Positions 11,646 through 43,776 of a stretch of 64,000 nt of DNA are shown here, piece by piece. Positions within the stretch are counted from its first letter, which is position 1; each line of letters starts with the position of its first letter. A program made the translations under genes and the position numbers. Source of the DNA: Macrostomum lignano (Eukaryota); assembly GCA_002269645.1 (NCBI GenBank), contig NIVC01000266.1, positions 212,818-276,817 of the forward strand, given 5' to 3'. The notes below the pieces were generated by a model. It was not told the DNA's origin. It saw nothing but the letters and a program-made list of their open reading frames with translations, and made no database searches.

Positions 11646-12319
11646 CACTCAGAAAGTGGCGGTTCCAAATTCGAAATCCGCAGTATTAAAACGACTTTTA
11701 TCTCTTTTGTCAGTTGTGTATGGCGCACTGATACTCTTTATGCACTACTTGCAACAGGCTTGTTGGGAAATTTACTTATTACCGCTGAATGACGTGACTA
11801 GAACATTCTGACCAGTCAGTAAGGCTGGATTTGTACTTTAAAACCAGGAGTTTCAGCAACATTTTGAGCAACACTGTGGTAGCCGGGACCAAAGTCGAAG
11901 TTTCTTGCGTCCTTGAGACCAGAAATCCGTGCAATGCAGCTGCCGTCGGCCCGTCACTGTCTCTCTTCCTCTCTACTTTCTGTCTCCCAAGGCGGGCGAA
12001 GTCTTGAAGGCATAATTGGATTCCCAGAGCCTTGGGGGGAGGAGAGCAGAGATAGGTATCACTGGATGCGGAGCGCTCTCTGGATTGTACATTGATATTC
12101 TGGCTCGTCTGTGCTCACTGCCCGACTGAGTTGCCAGTTCCTGCATGCTGCCATTCGCCCAGAGTGAAAAAATCCCCGGAAATTTTCCCACTCTGCCGAC
12201 TGTTTTTGGCCTATAAACCGTGGGGGGGGAAATTTTTACCTTTATACTTTTCACCGAAAATCAATAATAGCGCTAATGGGAGTTCTCGTGGTGGCACCGA
12301 GAGGGTCTTCATGGTGGTG

Positions 12320-12890
12320 CCGATGGGGGTCCTCATATTGGCGCAGAGGGGGTCCTCATATTGGCGCAGAGAGGGTCCTCATATTGGTGCAGAGAGGGTC
12401 CTCATATTGGCGCAGAGAGGGTCCTCATATTGGCGCAGAGAGGGTCCTCATATTGGCGCAGAGAGGGTCCTCATATTGGCGCAGAGAGGGTCCTCATATT
12501 GGCGCAGAGAGGGTCCTCATATTGGCGCAGAGAGGGTCCTCATATTGGCGCAGAGAGGGTCCTCATATTGGCGCAGAGAGGGTCCTCATATTGGCGCAGA
12601 GAGGGTCCTCATATTGGCGCAGAGAGGGTCCTCATATTGGTGCAGAGAGGGTCCTCATATTGGTGCAGAGAGGGTCCTCATATTGGTGCAGAGAGGGTCC
12701 TCATATTGGCGCAGAGAGGGTCCTCATATTGGTGCAGAGAGGGTCCTCATATTGGCGCAGAGAGGGTCCTCATATTGGCGCAGAGAGGGTCCTCATATTG
12801 GCGCAGAGAGGGTCCTCATGTTGGCGCAGAGAGGGTCCTCATATTGGCGCAGAGAGGGTCCTCATATTGGCGCAGAGAGGGTCCTCATGG
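12320..12890. repeat. 23-bp minisatellite (GAGAGGGTCCTCATATTGGCGCA)
   Basis: Direct reading. Confidence 0.96.
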
Positions 12891-13629
12891 CACCAAAGCT
12901 GGCCAGCTGGAAGAGGCCAAAACTAAAACCAACATTGCATTGATTTCTCCACAACTTCTAAAGTTCTGACCGTCTTTTTCTGCCTTCGATAGCATCAATT
13001 TTCCTGTTCTGCAATCGCTATGTAGAACACCTGCCTGTCTCAAATTATGATTAGGAGAAGCCAAGACAGCAACAATGAGCAGCAGCTGCCCTTAAGACAG
13101 CGCCTTTGGCGGCAGGACGGCAGAGAGACCAGTAAAGCCGAAGTCTCGTTGCATGGAAATCGGCCCTAATGAGAACTCAACACCTCCTTCTGGCCGCAGC
13201 GGGTTGCTGGGAGGCGAGAGGAGGGCGGGGCGTCGCTGGCAGGCCTTACCAACCCCAGCCGAGCGGGGATTCCGCCGGATCCGTCAGGACGCAGGAATCG
13301 CAGCGAGATTTGTCAAGGCTCGAGCGTTTACGCGTCGAGGAACTGACGCGCTGTCATGCATAAATCATGCCAGCCGGGGCCTCTCCAGCCCCCTTCAGGC
13401 CGGCTCGAGCTGGCTCTGACTGGCTGTTTACTCTGCAGCCACGGTTCTGATCTGCTGAAAGCAGGATGGCTGCCCCCTGTGCAGCGGGCGGAGCCAACAG
13501 TTTCTGTCTGTCTGACGTTTTTTTTCATTTTAAAGCGCCGCTGAAACATGTCTTGCGCACGGAACGATAACTTTATAAGTTTTATAAATTTGTTCAATCA
13601 TTTTTTAACGTACAACTGCGAAAAAAATT

Positions 13630-14120
13630 CCCAGAATCTCACTTCCCAGAATCTCACACTCTCCAGAATCTCACACTCTCCAAAATCTCACTGTCCAAAA
13701 TCTCACTCCCCCAAATCTCACTCCAAAGAATCTCACTCCCCAAGATCTCACTCCTCAGAGAATCTCACTCCCCAGAATCTCACTTTTCAATCTCACTCTC
13801 CAAAATCTCACTCCCCCAAATCTCACTCCAAAGAATCTCACTCCCCAGAATCTCACTCCCCAGAATCTCACTCCCCAGAATCCCACTCCCCAGAATCCCA
13901 CTCCCCAAAATCTCACTCTCCAAAATCTCACTCCCCAGAATCTCACTCCCAAGAATCTCACTCCCAAGAATCTCACTCCCCAGAATCTCACTCCCCAGAA
14001 TCTCACTCCCCAGAATCTCACTCTCCAGAATCTCACTCCCAGAAAATCTCACTCCCAGAGAATCTCACTTCCCAGAGAATCTCACTTCTCAGAGAATCTC
14101 ACTACACTGAGAATCTCACA
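13630..14120. repeat. 15-bp minisatellite (AGAATCTCACTCCCC)
   Basis: Direct reading. Confidence 0.93.
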
Positions 14121-15061
14121 GAATCTCGCAGCCATTCTCTCTATAAAAAGCCCCATATTGAAATAGAGTTTCCTAAAGAAACTTTCACTGTTGAAAAGAT
14201 ATTGCAGTAAAAGTGCATGCTAGGCCAATAAATCATGGTGAGACAGCCTCATAAACAATGAGTTCAGTTTATCTAGAAAGTGGCGCAGTTTAGGTGTCAC
14301 TTCGTCATATCACTTAAATATTTTATTTCAGTGTGGCAAACAGACTCAAAGCAGAAGGAAACCAGACACTGAGGCAGAAGCTCTGGGAGGCGAGCGATTT
14401 GGACTTAATACCGCGACCGCAGCCCGCAAGCCTCGTGCACGGGTTTTGCCGCCCTCAGTGCGAGAGAGGGGACGGGGCAAAAACTGCTGCTGCTGTTGCT
14501 ACTAGAAGAACGGGCAGCTCCCGGCAGTCTAGGGTGTCAAAGCCCTCTCTATTTTGGCCAATACGTGCCTTCCTGCCTCTGAAGTGGGGGGGGGGAGAGA
14601 AGGGATAGAGGGGGGAGAGAAGGATAGTGGAAGGGGGCAGTCCTGGCTGGGATCGCATGCCCCCCCCTTCCCACCGACTCACAGCTGAAGCCCTGGGAGG
14701 GGGCTGCCAGGCAATTGGAGAAGATTGCAGCGTCAATGATTGGCCCACAGCGCGCCCTCTCCCTCGCTGCTCCCCCCCCCTATCCTCCTTATCATCTGGC
14801 GTCCCAGCTTGGCAGTGGAGCGAAGCAACTTCGCAATTCCCTCCTGGACCAGACAGCAGCAGAGCCTCTCAGCCTATCAACCCAGCCAGCTTCGGTGCCT
14901 GACAGTAAGGGAGTGGCCAAGTTCTTCAGCGTCAACTTGGACCGCAGGGCCGCACAGGCCGATGCCACGGATCGAGGGCGCGGCGGCCGCAGCTCTTCAG
15001 TGCCAGCGTTGACCCGGGCCGCAGCCGGAATGCCCTGGGCGGATCAGCGGACTGGATTACT

Positions 15062-15077
15062 ATGCCACTAGCTGCAG
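15062..15077 (+). CDS. NETO: Candidate alternative first coding exon of the NETO-like gene (MPLAA-)
   Basis: ATG CCA CTA GCT GCA G|GTGAGG is a phase-1 donor compatible with the 16709 acceptor. Confidence 0.35.
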
Positions 15078-16311
15078 GTGAGGACCGCTAATCCTGCCCT
15101 GACCACAAGACCGGGATCCTGATCCCCTTATTGAGCTATTCGTCTTCTGTTCCCCTCTTGTCCGACTTTGCCCGCCTCCCCGCGAAATCCCAATTGGAAC
15201 TTCAGCCGCCGCTAAAATCGATAATCCATATTTCTCCTCTTATTCCCTTGGGCAGTGGTGAGCACGGGGAGCCACACCACATACTCAGAAGCTGAGCTCT
15301 TTGGCCTCCTGCATCGACCCGGTGAACTCTCAGAGCCCAGGCCAGGTGCGAATATCGGGAATTCTGACCGCTCCCCACTCTCTGGCTTAGACAGTCGGGC
15401 CATCCCGCCAGTCTCATAACAGTCGGTGAAACCAGAAAAGTACACCGAGCACCAAGGACGGCACTGGAAAGTTTGTAATCATCTGCTCCCCGGGCTAGCA
15501 GCCTCTCCCGCTGATGCAGCTGCAGCTTCGCGTGGAACGAATCCGAGGAGAGCGAGCTCTCTCTTCAGGAGCCGGGAGAGGACAGGAATCTGATTTACAA
15601 TTTCACATTTCTTCTGATCAGGTCCCCCGCCTCCCGCCCCCGCCAGCCCCGATCCCCTTCCCGTTTGCCGTGAAAGCTGGCGTTGCACGGGGATATTAGA
15701 TGGGGGAGGAGAGAAGACGAGGAGGCTGCCGAGTAAAAAAGGCGGGAGACAGAAAAACAGCTCAGAGAAGCGGCGGTCCGGCAGGTCCGCCTCGCCCTCG
15801 CGGAGCAGATAGAGAGGAGAGAGAGAGAGAGAGAGAGCAGCGCCCCTCTGACACGGACGGGAGGGCGAGAAATCCTGACAGAGGAAGGCGCTGGCACGGG
15901 CATATCCGGGGGTTGAGACGGTGGCAACAGTGGCAGAAAAAAGGGGAGCAGGCGGGGAAATTTCCCCTTCCTTCCAGTCGGCCGGGCAGCCCCATCAAGA
16001 TTTCCGCCCAGCTTCACTAATGTCAATCAGCGCTGGGTCCCAGAGCCCCACTGAGCTGCCGGGAAATCCACTGCTCAATTGCAAAACCAGTGCATTCGCT
16101 TCCATCCGCACTGGCCTTCAGAGTCAGCGAGGCTGGCTTTAAAGTACAAACCGTTGCCTCCTTGTTGGCAAAGGAAGGCAATTTTGATTCGACCTTGGTT
16201 TTGGCGCTGTTCTCATTAGCTTGCTAAGGTCGCTTTGCCAGAAGCTGAAAGACTGCAACGAGGAAATTTGTTAGCTTAGAGGATAAGAAGCTAGAGTTTC
16301 AGATGACTATA

Positions 16312-16526
16312 GGATGAGATGCCAAGAGGATGAGATGCCAAGAGGATGAGAAGCCAAGAGGATGAGATGCCAAGAGGATGAGATGCCAAGAGGATGAGAT
16401 GCCAAGAGGATGAGAAGCCAAGAGGATGAGATGCCAAGAGGATGAGATGCCAAGAGGATGAGATGCCAAGAGGATGAGATGCCAAGAGGATGAGATGCCA
16501 AGAGGATGAGATGCCAAGAGGATGAG

Positions 16527-16536
<10 letters not shown>
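16312..16536 (+). repeat. 16-bp tandem array (GGATGAGATGCCAAGA), about 14 copies; the last unit carries a candidate NETO start codon
   Basis: Direct reading. The last unit reads ATG CCA AGA GAC G|GTAAGC. Confidence 0.93.
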
Positions 16537-35470
<18,934 letters not shown>

Positions 35471-36644
35471 TGTCTGCCTCTGTCTCAGTCTCTCTTCTGA
35501 CTTCAGCGAACAGAAACTAATGCTTCCAAAGTTCACGCGCAGACCTCTCCTCTCGTTGCAATAGATTTGTTGCAGCGTCTGAAACCGCTTCATCGCCCAG
35601 ACTCCCATGTTGGAAAAGTAGGAAAATCTTACACAATTATCGCAAAGTCAGGGCAACCCCGTTTGACCCCCCCCCCTCTCGTTTCAGTCAGTCACTCACG
35701 CGTGAAAACGGTTGCTTTTGTTAGGAACAAAGAGAATTCAATGCTTGACACGGGGGTGGCTTTGCAGGCTTTCATACGTCTGTCAAACTTTGTGGTTCGT
35801 TCATTTTTCATTGTTTTATTTGCCCGTCTGTCTCTGTTGAAGTATCCCATGCGCATTGCAAAGCCACCTGACCCTCTTGCCACTTGACACAGTGTGACCG
35901 ATAATTTCACTCTTGTTGACTTGGAAAATCCAGCCGCTCAAACGAATGGCTGCTACCCACATCTCTGAGCACTTTGTTGCTATCTAGCTGCTGCTGTATT
36001 GAGGAATTTTCTAAGAAAACACTGAGTAGGCCTTGGTGCAACTAACTGACCAAAGAACTGAGCGCTGGCTAGTTTCAGCTCATACTAGTAGTTGTCATAA
36101 ATCACAGAGCACTTGTCTCCCCCCATGTCCACCCCTATCTGTCGGTCTCTGCATGCTATTAAACTAAGCTCGTCTGAACTCATAAACAGTACGCAATGGA
36201 GCTGCTTGTTCTTGTGGCCTTAATGCAAGCTGGCATATGTATTGTTAGCTACAAACAGCAGCAGTGTTTTATATTAAAAATGCAGGTTTCCATGCGCCCG
36301 AAGACCCAACCAGCTTGGATAGTAGTATATTTAGAATTTGTTTCTCCGTGAAATACTGAGTAATCATTGCTGTTAACCCCCCGAGTTTATCTGATTAAAA
36401 CAAAACAAAACTTGCTTGATGACTTGACAGTAAAATTTTCTTAATTGTTAATCATCTAAACTTTGACAATTTGCTCCGATTTTACCATGTCAGTAAGGGC
36501 TGCGCCTGACTAGCTAATGCCTAATAAATTGATGACAGACCTGTCCAGTGCAGAGAGAATGAAATACCTCGTACTATTATAGTTTTTTATTGATTTTTTA
36601 ACTGAAACTTTCGAATTGTCGAAAGGTCAGTGCCGTGTAGGTTG

Positions 36645-37022
36645 CTAGCAGGTGACACCCGAAACTGAAGCCAAGGACTATTGCTAACAGGTGACACCCA
36701 CAATTGAAGCCAAGGACTATTGCTAACAGGTGACACCCACAACTGAAGCCAAGGACTATTGCTAACAGGTGACACCCACAACTGAAGCCAAGGACTATTG
36801 CTAACAGGTGACACCCACAACTGAAGCCAAGGACTATTGCTAACAGGTGACACCCACAACTGAAGCCAAGGACTATTGCTAACAGGTGACACCCACAACT
36901 GAAGCCAAGGACTATTGCTAACAGGTGACACCCACAACTGAAACCAAGGACTATTGCTAACAGGCGACACCCACAACTGAAGCCAAGGACTATTGCTAAC
37001 AGGCGACACCCACAACTGAAGC
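36645..37022. repeat. 39-bp minisatellite (GAAGCCAAGGACTATTGCTAACAGGTGACACCCACAACT)
   Basis: Direct reading. Confidence 0.95.
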
Positions 37023-38114
37023 CGATGCATTTTCAAGCAAAAGTACCTTTTCGAATTCGTAAGCAGCCACATTAATTTGGGGCTTCTGTGCAAGAAAGTT
37101 GGCCGGGAGGGGGGGGGGGAGGCTGTTGCGCGATTCAAACCCATGAGGACCAACCCCCAAGGCACAGAATGTACATGCCTGCGATTAGAAAGTCAGGGCC
37201 TGTGTACATCCTGTGTGCGCGAGTGTCTGAGTGCGTGCCTGCGTATGTGTTCAGTAGCCAGCGGAATGAGCAGGAGTTCCTGCCTCAACACTGGTTGTGA
37301 GACCGATGTCAGGAAGGCCACAGCTCTTGGGTAGTTAATTTGTTCTGTTTCTAAAATCAAGTCTCTTCTAGAAGAAAACTGCAGAAGAAGAAACTGCATC
37401 TCACTCTACCGAATGAACTTTAGAATTAAAAACGGCGAGAGTTCCCAAGGAAAATTAAATACGTTTTTAGAACTGTCTCCAAAAAACCAGCAACAAGTGG
37501 AACTTTGAGCATTTCCTGAAGGTTTCTGGCCCGCTTCTCCGGGCAATTGGGAACTGGGAAATTCGCACAGCCACTTGTCCCCGCGTGCCCTCCTCCCCCA
37601 TCATGTTTATTGCGGTTTATTTTCGCAAAAAGGTGAAGACAGGTGCAGCTGAAATATGGGGCTTAGCAAAGAGGTTGGTAGAGGGCGCGTTTGTCATGTC
37701 AATCAGCAAGGCTTTGACTCACTGCTGCCACCTACAGGTGATGCGTGTACTTCTCTTGTTTTCTTATTTGACCGGGGAGGGCCGGCCGGGAAATTCCTTG
37801 TCTGACGCGAGGCACTTGATAAGCCTGCCTCTCGCATCCCAGAGGCCGGTGGTTTATTCTGTAAACAAGGCAAAGCTCTGCTTTGGCTTCGAGCGCATCA
37901 ACAGACAGCAGGTGTGAAACTGCCTGCTTCTCCAGACGCAGCCTCCGAAGCTTCATCGATTGAACACGCATCATCAGACAGACTGAAAATCAACTTTTTT
38001 GATTCCCATATTGGAAGCGCTTCGCTAATATTGAGTAGATAAACTTGTTCTGCTACTTGCAGTAAAGTAAGCAGCATTCTTATAGATCAAAGCTATTATA
38101 ATTATGGAACTAAC

Positions 38115-38117
38115 TTC

Positions 38118-38153
<36 letters not shown>

Positions 38154-38685
38154 TTGGTATTGTTGTTGTTGCTGTTGTTGGTATTGTTGTTGTTGCTGTT
38201 GTTAGTATTGTTGTTGTTGTTGCTGTTGTTAGGATTATTGTTGTTGTTGTTGTTGCTGTGTGTGTGTGTCCTCGGCCCGGAACCATCAGGCGATCCACTG
38301 CGGGTGGGCCGCCCTTAGGAACCTCACCACCATGTTCTCCTTCCTGAGGTCTTCCAACTCCGTCAAACCACCGTCTGTTGTTGCTGTTGTTGGTATTTTT
38401 GTTGTTGCTGTGGTTAGTATTGTTGTTATTGTTGTTGTTATTATTGTTGTTGATGTAATTATTATTGTTGTTGTTGTTGTTGCTGCTGCTGCAGTTATTG
38501 TCGTGTTGTTGTTGTTGTCGTTGTTGTTTTTGTTGTTGTTGTTGTTGTTGTTGTCGTTATTGTTATTGTTGTTGTTACTATTATTGCTGTTGTTGTTGCT
38601 ACTGCTGCTGCTGTTATTGTCGTTGCTGTTATTGTTATTGTTTTTATTGTTATTGTTATTGTTGATGTTGTTATTATTGTTCTGG
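38115..38685. repeat. (TTG)n/(CAA)n microsatellite split by a unique insert
   Basis: Direct reading. Confidence 0.93.
38255..38385 (-). mobile_element. 5'-truncated non-LTR retrotransposon 3' end inside the (CAA)n tract
   Basis: Minus strand encodes GGLTELEDLRKENMVVRFLRAAHPQWIA*, resembling an I-group ORF2 terminus, followed by a short UTR and (CA)n(CAA)n. Confidence 0.5.
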
Positions 38686-39061
38686 CGAGAGCGGTGAGAG
38701 GCTGAGAAGAGAGTCCGCCTTGCCAGCACCGAAGACCTCGGCTGGTCAGCGGTCGTGCAGAGTCTTCATGTGGATTCGATGGATCTTCGATTCGATCGAT
38801 TAAATCTTGAGGTTCGGCCAGGCCACGTGAGCAGGACAGCAGGATGCGAGCTTATTCTATAATTAACTCGATTCATTTATTTCTAAGTCTGTGGTCAAAC
38901 AGTAGGCGGCCATCAAAACACATTATAGACTCACTTTCCCGCCTCTGTCAGTCTATTAATATCGAGAAACCCAGCTTAATAAGTACACTAGTTTTCAAAT
39001 TCTACTCAAATATCTGTAATCACCAAGCAAAGCGAAATAGTTTGCTTGACTTTTGTCTTCA

Positions 39062-40589
39062 ATGAAAAACGAGCGGGTGGAGAGCGGCCAATACATTGTG
39101 TTCCTGGTGCTGGTCGCCCTGTACGCGGCTTGGATTCTGTACATCGCATTGTCCTTTCTAAGCTGGCTGTACTGCACCAACGACTACATTGCCCAGCTGG
39201 ACAGGGTTGTTGAGCTGCATATCGAGTCAAGTAAGTCGCAGATATCTCTGATGATTGGCGGTCAGTTGACGCGGCTGCTGACGGATCAGCCGGCATTGGA
39301 CCCTGCGATTGGTGCAGAGATGGTCCGGCTGAGCAGCGGCTCCGACCCGAGCGAGCAGAGCAAACGGCGCGTCAGGAAACGACGAAAGGGTCCAAGTGAA
39401 AGGGTGAGTGGAGATTGGAGGCTGGGGATTGATCTAGAGGATTAATCTAGAGTCTTAGGTTTCTGGATTGATTCGAGGTGTTGCAGTGAGAATTGAAGTT
39501 CTGAAGTTTGACTTGAGTTGAGTTGAACTCTGGATTGTGACCTGAGGTCTGGATTGTGACCTGAGGTCTGGATTGTGACCTGGGGTCTGGATTGTGACCT
39601 GTGGTCTGGATTGTGACCTGAGGTCTGGATTGTGACCTGAGGTCTGGATTGTGACCTGGGGTCTGGATTGTGACCTAAAGTCTGGATTGTACCCTGTGGT
39701 CTGGATTGTGACCTGAGGTCTGGATTGTGACCTGGGGTCTGGATTGTGAACTGAAGTCTGGATTGTGACCTGAGGTCTGGATTGTGACCTGAGATCTGGA
39801 TTGTGACCTGAGGTCTGGATTGTGACCTGAAGTCTGGATTGTGACCTGAAGTCTGGATTGTACCCTGTGGTCTGGATTGTGACCTGAAGTCTGGATTTTC
39901 ACCTGGGGTCTGGATTGTGACCTGAAGTCTGGATTTTGACCTGTGGTCTGGATTGTGACCTGAGGTCTGGATTGTGACCTGAAGTCTGGATTGTGACCTG
40001 AGGTCTGGATTGTGACCTGAAGTCTGGATTGTGACCTGAGGTCTGGATTGTGACCTGAGGTCTGGATTGTGACTTTGAGAGCGACAGAATCTGGAGGAAG
40101 AGTTGCAGTGGAGGTTCGAAGGCCGGGTGAGGTTTGTTGTTACAAAATTTCTTGCTTCAGTGAAACAGAACCACCGAGTCGCGGTCCGTCTCCTTGCAGA
40201 CGGCGGCTTCAACCGTGGGAGACGAGCAGCAGCTGCAGCAGCCCCTCCCAAGGCCGACCAGCGCCTCTTTTCGGCAGAAAATGCAGCAAATCGAAATGGA
40301 AAGAATCAGCAACTTGTTCGACCTGAGCCAGCCGGTTGGCTCGCTGGATGACAGCTGCTTGAAGGCGACGGTCGCCCAAGAGAGCGAAAAACCACCACCA
40401 CCGCTGCCGCCGCCGCCGCCACCACCACCGCCGCCGCCGCCGCCTCCAGCACCAACCAGCTCGTCACGCTTTGATGCAGGAGTTGAAGCTGAACTCGATG
40501 ACGAAGACGATAAGGAGGACGACAGAGGTCAGACGCGGACGCAAAGACTGTTGTCTAGCAGTGAATCGAACGCTGGCGACAAGGCATAG
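39062..40589 (+). CDS. Uncharacterised single-pass membrane protein, join(39062..39403,40200..40589), about 243 aa
   Basis: N-terminal hydrophobic segment YIVFLVLVALYAAWILYIALSFLSWLYC, basic RRVRKRRK, AGG|GTGAGT donor and TTGCAG| acceptor both in phase 0, poly-Pro and acidic tail. Confidence 0.6.
39530..40075. repeat. 19-bp intronic minisatellite (TCTGGATTGTGACCTGAGG)
   Basis: Direct reading. Confidence 0.95.
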
Positions 40590-42159
40590 CGGAACAGAAA
40601 CCACCGTTTACGCTTTTTCTCATCTAATAACAGTGTGGTAGTTTGTACTTTTGCCACGTTTTTTACTATTGTATAATACGCGCGAAAATATTATAATGAT
40701 TGAAGTGATTGATTATGATAATTAGATAACTGATCAATGCACTATAATGCGTTTGTGTACATTCAGATTCAGATTACATGATTATGAAAATTAGCTCGCA
40801 AATACATTGTAGGAAGCGTTGCATACATAGTGGCAGAAGTTGAAAACAATCGAAATTAAAGGAAATCTGGCTGAAGCAACTTGTGTTAGGGAGCATCGTC
40901 GCTTTAACCTGAACATGTGTCACACTTTGCTAATAGGATATTCTAGCTTCAAATAGGGATCTACAAATCGAATGTCAGCTTATCAAAGGAAGTTCAGACA
41001 AGTCTATACAGTCATACGAAAGTGTGACTCGTTTAGGTTAAGAACCGGTCCGTCGCACCATGCGGACGTCCAACTCGTCACACGGATTGCAACAGTTAAT
41101 TTACACGGATGTCCAACTCGTAATTTGAACGCAGGGCATGTCAAGCAGACTCCGCATAATCCGCACGCGCTTCATCGATTCCTTTGCGCGCAATTTCGTC
41201 CACCTCCAGTAGTTGATGCTGACGTCCAACAGCCAGGCTGAGCAGTGTGCGCTTTGGCGGCTTCGATGCGACTGGTTGTTGAGGTGGCGTCTTCGGCTGC
41301 GGCGGCGGCGTAGTCGGGGGCGGAGGTTGCGGCGGCTGCGGCTCCCGATGATTCAGCAGCACAGGAGCGGAGGCGTGGCGCTGAAAACTGGCCGCCGGGT
41401 TGCAGTCGCAGGTGCCGTAGCTCGGTGGAAAAACTGGACCCGACAGCAGCGCGTCTCCGGATCCGTCAGCGAGTCCCACTCTCCAGACAGACATCCGCGT
41501 CTCAGTTCGGATGACAGAGCAGCAGAACAACTAAAATTATCGAGAAAATTGCCCTAATCCATGACAATGTTTATACGGCGCATGTGAATTCACTGTTGGT
41601 CAGACCTGCTGACAACTGCCATGCGGATTAGCTAGGTGCGCCAAAGTTTTAGTTTGTTTCTGTAGCTCGCGCTCCCCCTCCCTACTTCTCTCTTACTGCG
41701 CCAGCTTTGCTCCAACTAAGAGCAGAGTTCCAATGTTTAACAGCTGTTGCACGCACTCCTGGGCAGGGTTTAGGCATTGAATCGGTGTGTGGGGACAGTG
41801 AGCTCACGACAGTTGTGCACACAAAAGGGCCCAGTTGCATTGCGGATGCAAGTGCGCCACGTGCGACAGAGTTAGAAGCGATTGTAATTTTCTCGACACC
41901 CTTGCACTCGTAGGCATTTGCAGTTCAGCTGACGCACGCAGTGGCTCACGGCATGTCCACCGTCCATATTTAGACTTGGTTGACTTTTACTCCCTTAGTA
42001 GCTGACAGTACGTTCCAATGCTACCATTTAATATAAATAATGTCAATGGAATCCAGACAGTTCACATACCAGTTAAGAGGCCTTAAGCTCCTTTCCAATT
42101 TTTTAATAATTGGAAGAGAGGGGTACTAGCTACATGTATCTACATGTATGGGATTCTTT

Positions 42160-42510
42160 CTATCCAGGAATGCTTGCTATTTAGGGATGCCTGCTATCTG
42201 CAGGATACTTGCTATCTGGGGGATGCTTGCTGTCTGGGGGGATGCTTGCTTGTCTGGGGGGATGCTTGCTGTCTGGTGGGATGCTTGCTATCTGGGGGGG
42301 TGCTTGCTATCTGGTGGGATGCTTGCTATCTGGGGGGGGATGCTTGCTATCTGCAGGATGCTTGCTATCTGCAGGATGCTTGCTATCTGGTGGGATGCTT
42401 GCTATCTGGGGGGGGGGTGCTTGCTATCTGCAGGATGCTTGCTATCTGCAGGATGCTTGCTATCTGGGGGGGGGGGGATGCTTGCTATCTGGGTAGATTC
42501 TTGCTGTCTT
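42160..42510. repeat. GATGCTTGCTATCT(G)n minisatellite with variable G-tracts
   Basis: Direct reading. Confidence 0.9.
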
Positions 42511-43776
42511 GGGGATGTTTTCTATTTAGGAATATGTTATGTCTGTTATCTTTTTGAAAGCTTTATTTCGTTGTCTTTTTGTTACTTTTGGAAAAAGGAT
42601 ATTCATAGCAAACATCTTTGTCCATGATAATTTTACTCGAATAAGGTGATTTATAAAACTGAAGAAGGAATTGGTTCTTAACAAAATGTGCTTTGGATGG
42701 ATTTGCATGAACTATTTTTGCTCCTTGCTTATTGGGCGCCCGAAGGGGACACTAGATTGCTAGTTTTAATAACTCCAAATGTTATTGGAAGCTTTATTAA
42801 GAGGATTTTCGGACAGATCAAAAGTACTCATAGATCAAAATGTGTCAATCTTTTGTTGATCATTCGAGAAGTCTCATAGAGAAAACTGTAACTCTCTATA
42901 ATGCTGTCAGCACACGTACAAGCAACCAACATACTTAAAGTACCAGTCTGTTTAAAATTTATTTTTTCTAATTTGTAACAAGAATGAGCAACTCCATTAT
43001 CGCAGTGCAAGGACGATTGAATAAGGAATGCAGATGTGCCATCCACTTAAATCAATTTTTGAGTATTTTTTAAAAGTATCATTGACTCTCGTTGGTTATG
43101 TCAATGTCAATGTAATAACAATGTAATAACCCATTGACATTTCACCATTGACAATTGACCTGCATTTCTTACAATTACTACACCTGGCACTGCGGTTATC
43201 TAAACAGACATTGAGTAAACTATTTAACTACTAATTTGATTTAAAAAATCGCGGCAAAACATTCAACAAATCGTTAGTTTTTCATGAACTTGTTTCACTC
43301 ATTCACGCCTCTCCTCGCGCTTCCGGCGTTCCAGTTCCGCCCAGGCAGCGGCGATGCGCGCTGGGTGAACAATTGGCTGCTGCCGCTGTTCGTCGTCCTG
43401 ATTGATCAGGATCCCCATCAGTTCGTCCGAGTCTAGGAAAAACACTGCCTTCCGTTGCGCGATCCCTGGTGGAGCTAATGTAATGTGCTAATATTGAGTT
43501 TCGATGGGAATACACTTTCTGTTGACCCATCCTGCTTCAAGTTAATGCAAGTCTTTAATTATTAAACTATTATTAGAAAAAATATTTCTGCAAAGTTTAT
43601 TGGACAAAAAACGGAAGAATTTCTCACCATTGTTCATGCTCATAAAAAGAGCAAACTTTGCCACCCAGTACTCCAGTGATGCAAGTCTCAATCTATCTTT
43701 CATTGGAAGCTGTTGAGCTTCAGTTGGCTGCTTCATCAGTAAGAGAACGATAGGATCCACCCAAAAGATGATGGTC

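Noticed and set aside
12160-12195. CAGAGTG...CACTCTG small inverted repeat
   Set aside because: Only 7 bp with no TSD; could be chance.
12092-12969. Overlapping 200-280 aa ORFs
   Set aside because: Artefact of the 23-bp array.
13548-14210. 220-aa SHSPE-repeat ORF
   Set aside because: The 15-bp unit keeps the frame open trivially; there is no flanking domain or splice support.
42735-42752. tRNA-Lys PBS-like GGCGCCCGAAGGGGAC
   Set aside because: No adjacent LTR end or gag/pol sequence.
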